Below are positions 59,549-64,000 of a DNA stretch of 64,000 nt, one piece after another. Position 1 is the stretch's first letter; every line of letters starts with the position of its first letter. Where the stretch lies: IMG/VR virus record IMGVR_UViG_3300026488_000010, one strand, 5' to 3'. The stretch is from a virus. The notes below the pieces were generated by a model that did not search any database, had not been told where the DNA came from, and saw only the letters and a program-made list of their open reading frames with translations. A program made the translations under genes and the position numbers.

Positions 59549-60055
59549 ATGAAATATAAATATGACATAACTGCTGAAAAAGAATTTAAAAGAGTTGCAA
59601 CTTTTAAAGGTAAACCGAAAGGGTTTATAATTTTTGATAGTTATAATAATGAATGGTTTCCTTTAAAAATGGTTACTATTGATAAGATTGATTTTAATCT
59701 TAGAGTTATTAAAGATGAATTTCACCGGAAATATGGTGGAGCATCTTCAACTGAATTGTTTATGCCCTGGCATTATACAATTGAATTTATAGGAAAAAAT
59801 TATTTTCCTATTTTAACTAGACCGATTATGTATAAATCGTTGATTCCTGGTTATGAAGATTACATTAGTATTTGTATAACAGGTGATACAAATTTAGATA
59901 TTTATTCACCAGATTTTTATAAAGTAATTGCTCACCAAGTAATGAATTCTGTTCATTATGTTCCAGGGTGGAGATTAAACCCATCTGATTATACAACATA
60001 TCATAATTTGGGTAGTGGTTTTAAAGAGCTACAATTAGAAAAAAACTTTAGGTAG
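59549..60055 (+). CDS. Amidase_2/PGRP-fold-like protein, probably catalytically degenerate
   Basis: EFH..YGG, WHYTI, TRP, ISICITGD, YHN in amidase order. Confidence 0.45.
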   Translation: MKYKYDITAEKEFKRVATFKGKPKGFIIFDSYNNEWFPLKMVTIDKIDFNLRVIKDEFHRKYGGASSTELFMPWHYTIEFIGKNYFPILTRPIMYKSLIPGYEDYISICITGDTNLDIYSPDFYKVIAHQVMNSVHYVPGWRLNPSDYTTYHNLGSGFKELQLEKNFR

Positions 60056-60063
60056 GTATTACT

Positions 60064-60183
60064 ATGACGAAAGAATTTATGCGCTGTAATAGCGAGGTAT
60101 GTGCGATTAATGAGGGTGGAAGCCTATGTAAAGAATGGCCTGATATGGATAAGATGCTTAATGAAGAAAGAGGAGATATATAA
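60064..60183 (+). CDS. Very small Cys-containing ORF (39 aa, not in the ORF track)
   Basis: AGGT RBS; C..C..C; coupled to an 18-aa ORF at 60183-60239. Confidence 0.35.
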   Translation: MTKEFMRCNSEVCAINEGGSLCKEWPDMDKMLNEERGDI

Positions 60184-60242
60184 TGTTTGATTATTTTGAA
60201 TATGTTGAGTCAACATATATGGAATGGGGGAATATTTAATAT

Positions 60243-60740
60243 GTGGAGGTTTACGTGATTAATCAATTAGAAAAGGTTAGGCCTCGTATCAATCACTTTG
60301 ATTATAAAATTTATCCTTTTTATACCTATGTTTATTTGAATCCTTTTGAAGAGGTTCAATTAAAATATAGATTGCCTAATCAGTATTTAGAGTTTGCATA
60401 TGAACCATTTTATGTTGGTAAGGCTACAGGTGCAGGATTTAGACATAATCAACACATTGCTGAATATTTAAAATCTGGTAAAGAAACAGTTAATCATAAG
60501 ACAGTTCATGATCCACATAAGCGAGAAATGTTTAAACGTTTAGAGCAGAATATGAAACAATATGGTTCTTCAAATGTTAAATATCCTAGAAATTGGGAAG
60601 AGTATCAACGTGATTGGATTATTGTTATCAAAGCTAGTTCGAATGCTGATGCATTATCTAGATTTGAGAAAACTGTTATAAGTACAATAGGTACTTTAAA
60701 AAATGGTCGTGGACCATTAGTTAATATATTATTAGGTTAA
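60243..60740 (+). CDS. GIY-YIG superfamily protein (start uncertain)
   Basis: YTYVYLNP...PFYVGKA..R...H...E...I...G....GPLVNI. Confidence 0.6.
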   Translation: MEVYVINQLEKVRPRINHFDYKIYPFYTYVYLNPFEEVQLKYRLPNQYLEFAYEPFYVGKATGAGFRHNQHIAEYLKSGKETVNHKTVHDPHKREMFKRLEQNMKQYGSSNVKYPRNWEEYQRDWIIVIKASSNADALSRFEKTVISTIGTLKNGRGPLVNILLG

Positions 60741-60752
60741 TAAGGATAATAA

Positions 60753-61115
60753 ATGAAAGAAAGATTACAAAATGGATCAGTGCATATAAACTATGCAAAT
60801 ATTGATTATTTAGAAGCTCGTGAAGTTGATGGTATGTTTAAATTATTTTACCCATCGAAGCCAAAAATTAAAACAGAAATGTTAGAATTACCAAAATCGT
60901 TTACAAATATGTTAAATGTAAATAAATTTATGAAAGAGATTGGATACATAAAGACTCAAGGATTTTATATAAATAAAAATCGTTTTTGTGTTGTATCAGA
61001 AGGTGAATTATCAAAAACAAAAAGAGAAGTCACATTTCAAATGATGACTTCAAAATTAATTGTAAATATTCCAGAAACTGAATGGTTGCAAATTAAGAAC
61101 TCTCAGCTTAGATAA
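60753..61115 (+). CDS. Hypothetical protein
   Basis: AAGGA RBS; last + strand gene. Confidence 0.55.
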   Translation: MKERLQNGSVHINYANIDYLEAREVDGMFKLFYPSKPKIKTEMLELPKSFTNMLNVNKFMKEIGYIKTQGFYINKNRFCVVSEGELSKTKREVTFQMMTSKLIVNIPETEWLQIKNSQLR

Positions 61116-61150
61116 GCAAGAGAGTTCTTCTCTTGTGGCAAAATTCAAGA

Positions 61151-61416
61151 GATCGTTTTATAAAGAATAAAAAATATTCTTTATAAAACGATCTTTAAAG
61201 ATCGTTTTTATTTTTGAAGGTCTTAAAGTGTTGTATATTAGTCACTTCTGTGCAATTTACAAAACGATCTTTAAAGATCGTTTTTATTTTTACAAAACGA
61301 TCTTTAAAGATCGTTTTTATTTTTACAAAACGATCTTTAAAGATCGTTTTTATTTTTACAAAACGATCTTTAAAGATCGTTTTTATTTTTACAAAACGAT
61401 CTTTAAAGATCGTTTT
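61151..61416. repeat. Palindrome array: 19-bp inverted repeat, one solitary 24-bp palindrome and five tandem 33-nt units
   Basis: AAAACGATCTTTAAAGATCGTTTT at 61185, 61261, 61294, 61327, 61360 and 61393; linker TATTTTTAC; inverted repeat 61151-61169 / 61175-61193. Confidence 0.95.
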
Positions 61417-61420
61417 TGAG

Positions 61421-61455
61421 GACAAGAAAATATAGCAGAGAAATCTGCTATATTT
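61421..61455 (-). terminator. Terminator-like hairpin for the minus-strand tail genes
   Basis: AAATATAGCAGA-4 nt-TCTGCTATATTT; on the minus strand it runs into TTTTCTTGTC. Confidence 0.75.
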
Positions 61456-62776
61456 ATAAAATTCTCCAATCGTTATTGATTGCTATAAAACGAGTAGCTT
61501 TATTAGCAGCGATTAAATGATAATCTGCTCCTGAACCCATAATATTATTTACGGATTTAAGTATTGGTCCTTTAGAACCAAAAGTATTTGTATAATCAAA
61601 AATTCCAACTTCTGCAAAATCATTGGGGTTTGCTGGAAATGTTATTGTACATGTTCCATCAAAGTTTGGTGTCGAATTTGAGTTACTTAAATTTGACCCA
61701 GTGCTTAACGTAAAAGCATCTCCAGCATTTGAAGCTGTAAATGTTATAGTGTTTGCATCTGATGTTAAATTTACAGGTTTGCCTAAAGCATTGACTTGTG
61801 ATTTAATACCTGTTATAATTTCATCTTTTGTGTCAGCATGATTTGGTATAGTATTTGATTGTGTGAAATTAGATCCAGCACTTAATGAAAATGATGTTCC
61901 TCGAACATTTGCAGTTACTGTAATACTTGACGCATCATTAATGATACTAACAGGCTTGCCTAATGCAACCATTGCATCTTTTAACCCTGACACTATTTGC
62001 GAGATTGTTGCAGATGTAGCTGCTGTTATTAATGCTGCTGACATTTGTCCAGATGTAACAGATAATGAAAAAGCATCTCCTGATACATCACCAACAATTG
62101 TTATTTTATCGGCTGCTGCAGTTGCGGTTACTGCAGCAGCCGAACCATTTATTTGTGAAGTTAAATCATTAATTATATTTGTAATATCATCTCCAGCAAT
62201 TGATGTATATGATAGTGAAATACCATCTACAGATATCTCATATATATCATCATCAACTTGGGTAAATGAATTGAGCTCACGTGTCTCAACGTTTCCACCT
62301 GATGTGTAATCAGCATTGGTCCCTTCAAGTGTTGCTCTATATAATGTTTCATTTACAGCTGTAAATGAATTTAATTTATCAACTTGTTTTGTCCCTGATA
62401 TATAATTAGCAGTTGACGAATTTAAAGTTACAGCATATGTATAATTCTGAGCAACAGTCACCGATGTAATTTTATCTACTTGTGCTATGCGATCAGATGT
62501 GTCTACAAATACAAAATCATCTACTTCTAAAGTACTATGTGTATTTATAACTTTATAATTTGCAGCTTTCCCTCCAGCATTTTCCATAATGAATGCTAAA
62601 TTATAATTTAACTTATCATTTAATCTTTCATCACCTTCTGGGATAAAATATATTCCAGATTCTTCTGCTGCACCGAAATCAGCATTTAACGTTCCGGCTG
62701 CTAGTGCTGCCTTATCTGATGCAGCACTCGATGCATTTCCTGCATCAATATTATTAAATATTGTATCTAAACCCAT
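61454..62776 (-). CDS. Tail/tail-fibre-associated structural protein with internal repeats
   Basis: VFVDTS...TITFPANP..F..V.I.D fibre-type module; three A-type and three B-type internal repeats; AAGGA RBS. Confidence 0.65.
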   Translation of the reverse strand: MGLDTIFNNIDAGNASSAASDKAALAAGTLNADFGAAEESGIYFIPEGDERLNDKLNYNLAFIMENAGGKAANYKVINTHSTLEVDDFVFVDTSDRIAQVDKITSVTVAQNYTYAVTLNSSTANYISGTKQVDKLNSFTAVNETLYRATLEGTNADYTSGGNVETRELNSFTQVDDDIYEISVDGISLSYTSIAGDDITNIINDLTSQINGSAAAVTATAAADKITIVGDVSGDAFSLSVTSGQMSAALITAATSATISQIVSGLKDAMVALGKPVSIINDASSITVTANVRGTSFSLSAGSNFTQSNTIPNHADTKDEIITGIKSQVNALGKPVNLTSDANTITFTASNAGDAFTLSTGSNLSNSNSTPNFDGTCTITFPANPNDFAEVGIFDYTNTFGSKGPILKSVNNIMGSGADYHLIAANKATRFIAINNDWRIL

Positions 62777-62790
62777 TTTAATTCCTTATA

Positions 62791-64000
62791 TTATATACGT
62801 ACTGGTACGCGTATTTCTTTATGTTGTCCAAAAACATCAATAGTTCCAATAATTAATTCAATTGATGAATTTTCACCATTCAAGTCGACAACTGCGCCAT
62901 CATCTGATTGATCAGAAGTTAAATACATGTTTGATATTATATTGACTTCTAATACACCAGATTGTAAAATTAGTCTCCCGAGGGCATCTGTACTCGTTGG
63001 TGTAAATACTGTGTCTCCATATGCAGTTTTTGTTGAATCGCCTGGAGCTGTTCTATATATTAGAACATATGTATCTGCATCTTCATTCTCAAGTTGATCA
63101 AATTTTAAATCTTTATCAAGAATAACACGTACTTTAAACTCACCGGTATCTGGTAAAATTAATAGGTCGTAATCTAATTGTTTAATACCACTATCAATTG
63201 CAACTTGTTCAACTTTAGTTGTAATCTCTGTGAATATTTCATCAATTTGATCATCTGTTATCGAACCTGGAGTATTTAAATATTTAAACATTTTTTGCAT
63301 GAATGGTAACAATGTATCATATCTTGCATGTTCAACTTTAACCTCATCTAACTGCACATCAGTGTCTGTTTTTAATGTTGATATCAAATTTGTGTTTGCT
63401 ATAATTTTTTCATCAATAGCTGGAAATTCTGCAGTAGCTAATGATGTTGCTAAGGCATCTGCATGTGTTTTTGCAATTGAATTTATTGATCTACTCTCGG
63501 TAGGGTCAGTAGATTCTAAATATGTCAATTTTTGATTTATTGGTTGTGTTGCATCATAAACATCTTTAGCAATTGAACCAGTGGTTGTTGCATCAGCATT
63601 CAATGTTTCAATTGCTAATCTATTTGTTTCAATTTGTGATAATGAATAAGCGTGTTCTGATAAATAATCAGTAATAAAACTATATGTCTTTGGTTTGAAT
63701 CCATCTGCACTTATATCATTAATGAATAGTGTTAAATGTTCTTTACCTATTTGGTCAATATTAATATATGCTCCGCCTGATTCAAAATATGTTTTAAATT
63801 GTGCAATTACATCTGATGTATCAACCAATTGTGTTGTATCATACATTGCTTTAAGTATTGTTGTGTTAAAAGTTAAAGACGTTGAATATTTTAATATACC
63901 TTCTTGAATAGTGTTAGGCATATTAGATATATCAGTTTTATTTGTTTGCACTTGTCCGTTAGTTAGAGAAACTATTGCATCAGCATTATCTTTTACTTTA
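62791..64000 (-). CDS. Probable structural protein, 5'-truncated by the window edge
   Basis: The frame stays open from the track start 63951 to the window edge; coiled-coil stretch and beta-rich C-terminus. Confidence 0.6.
   Translation of the reverse strand, partial: KVKDNADAIVSLTNGQVQTNKTDISNMPNTIQEGILKYSTSLTFNTTILKAMYDTTQLVDTSDVIAQFKTYFESGGAYINIDQIGKEHLTLFINDISADGFKPKTYSFITDYLSEHAYSLSQIETNRLAIETLNADATTTGSIAKDVYDATQPINQKLTYLESTDPTESRSINSIAKTHADALATSLATAEFPAIDEKIIANTNLISTLKTDTDVQLDEVKVEHARYDTLLPFMQKMFKYLNTPGSITDDQIDEIFTEITTKVEQVAIDSGIKQLDYDLLILPDTGEFKVRVILDKDLKFDQLENEDADTYVLIYRTAPGDSTKTAYGDTVFTPTSTDALGRLILQSGVLEVNIISNMYLTSDQSDDGAVVDLNGENSSIELIIGTIDVFGQHKEIRVPVRI

Noticed and set aside
61185-61416. 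CRISPR array
   Set aside because: The linkers are identical 9-mers rather than unique spacers, the repeat is a loopless perfect palindrome, and no cas genes are seen
61195-61435. Three ORFs over the repeat array (61195-61425, 61214-61435, 61228-61419)
   Set aside because: They are 11-aa periodic translations of a 33-nt repeat with no RBS
5204-63907. Short antisense or out-of-frame ORFs in the track (e.g. 5204-5404, 9170-9430, 13573-13764, 31617-32000, 51780-52115, 61863-62309)
   Set aside because: They lie within longer motif-bearing genes, lack an RBS and show shadow-ORF composition
1-64000. Stop-codon reassignment
   Set aside because: Long conserved genes are intact in the standard code, and TAA, TAG and TGA all end coupled genes
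1-64000. tRNA, rRNA, group I/II intron, retron or DGR
   Set aside because: No cloverleaf, reverse transcriptase motif or intron-sized gap was recognised by eye; tRNAscan-SE and Infernal would be needed to exclude them

Overview
AT-rich, gene-dense 64-kb segment of a large (jumbo-type) lytic tailed phage. The standard genetic code fits the ORFs. QueD, SSB and the dimeric dUTPase resemble Campylobacterota versions, which suggests that host group (inference). Nearly all genes up to ~61.1 kb lie on the + strand. They cover counter-defence (Acb2, an Apyc1-like MBL hydrolase, a PRPP-synthetase-like plus NAMPT-like pair matching NARP1), DNA replication and repair (a palm/fingers-only family B polymerase fragment, WGR-PARP with an intact H-Y-E triad, Mre11/SbcD, a circularly permuted Rad50/SbcC, Dda, SSB), rIIB then rIIA, RNA repair (Rnl1, HD-Pnk, a short CCA-type nucleotidyltransferase) and nucleotide metabolism (ThyX, dNMP kinase, dUTPase, NrdB, intein-containing NrdA, a phosphoribosyltransferase). 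A virion module follows (gp5/VgrG-like spike, 1680-aa LamG-ended protein, PAAR). At the switch to minus-strand tail genes sits a tandem array of a perfect 24-bp palindrome whose relatives recur in intergenic gaps next to a conserved 15-mer. No tRNA, rRNA or CRISPR array was recognised. All protein calls rest on motifs read by eye; no database search was run.
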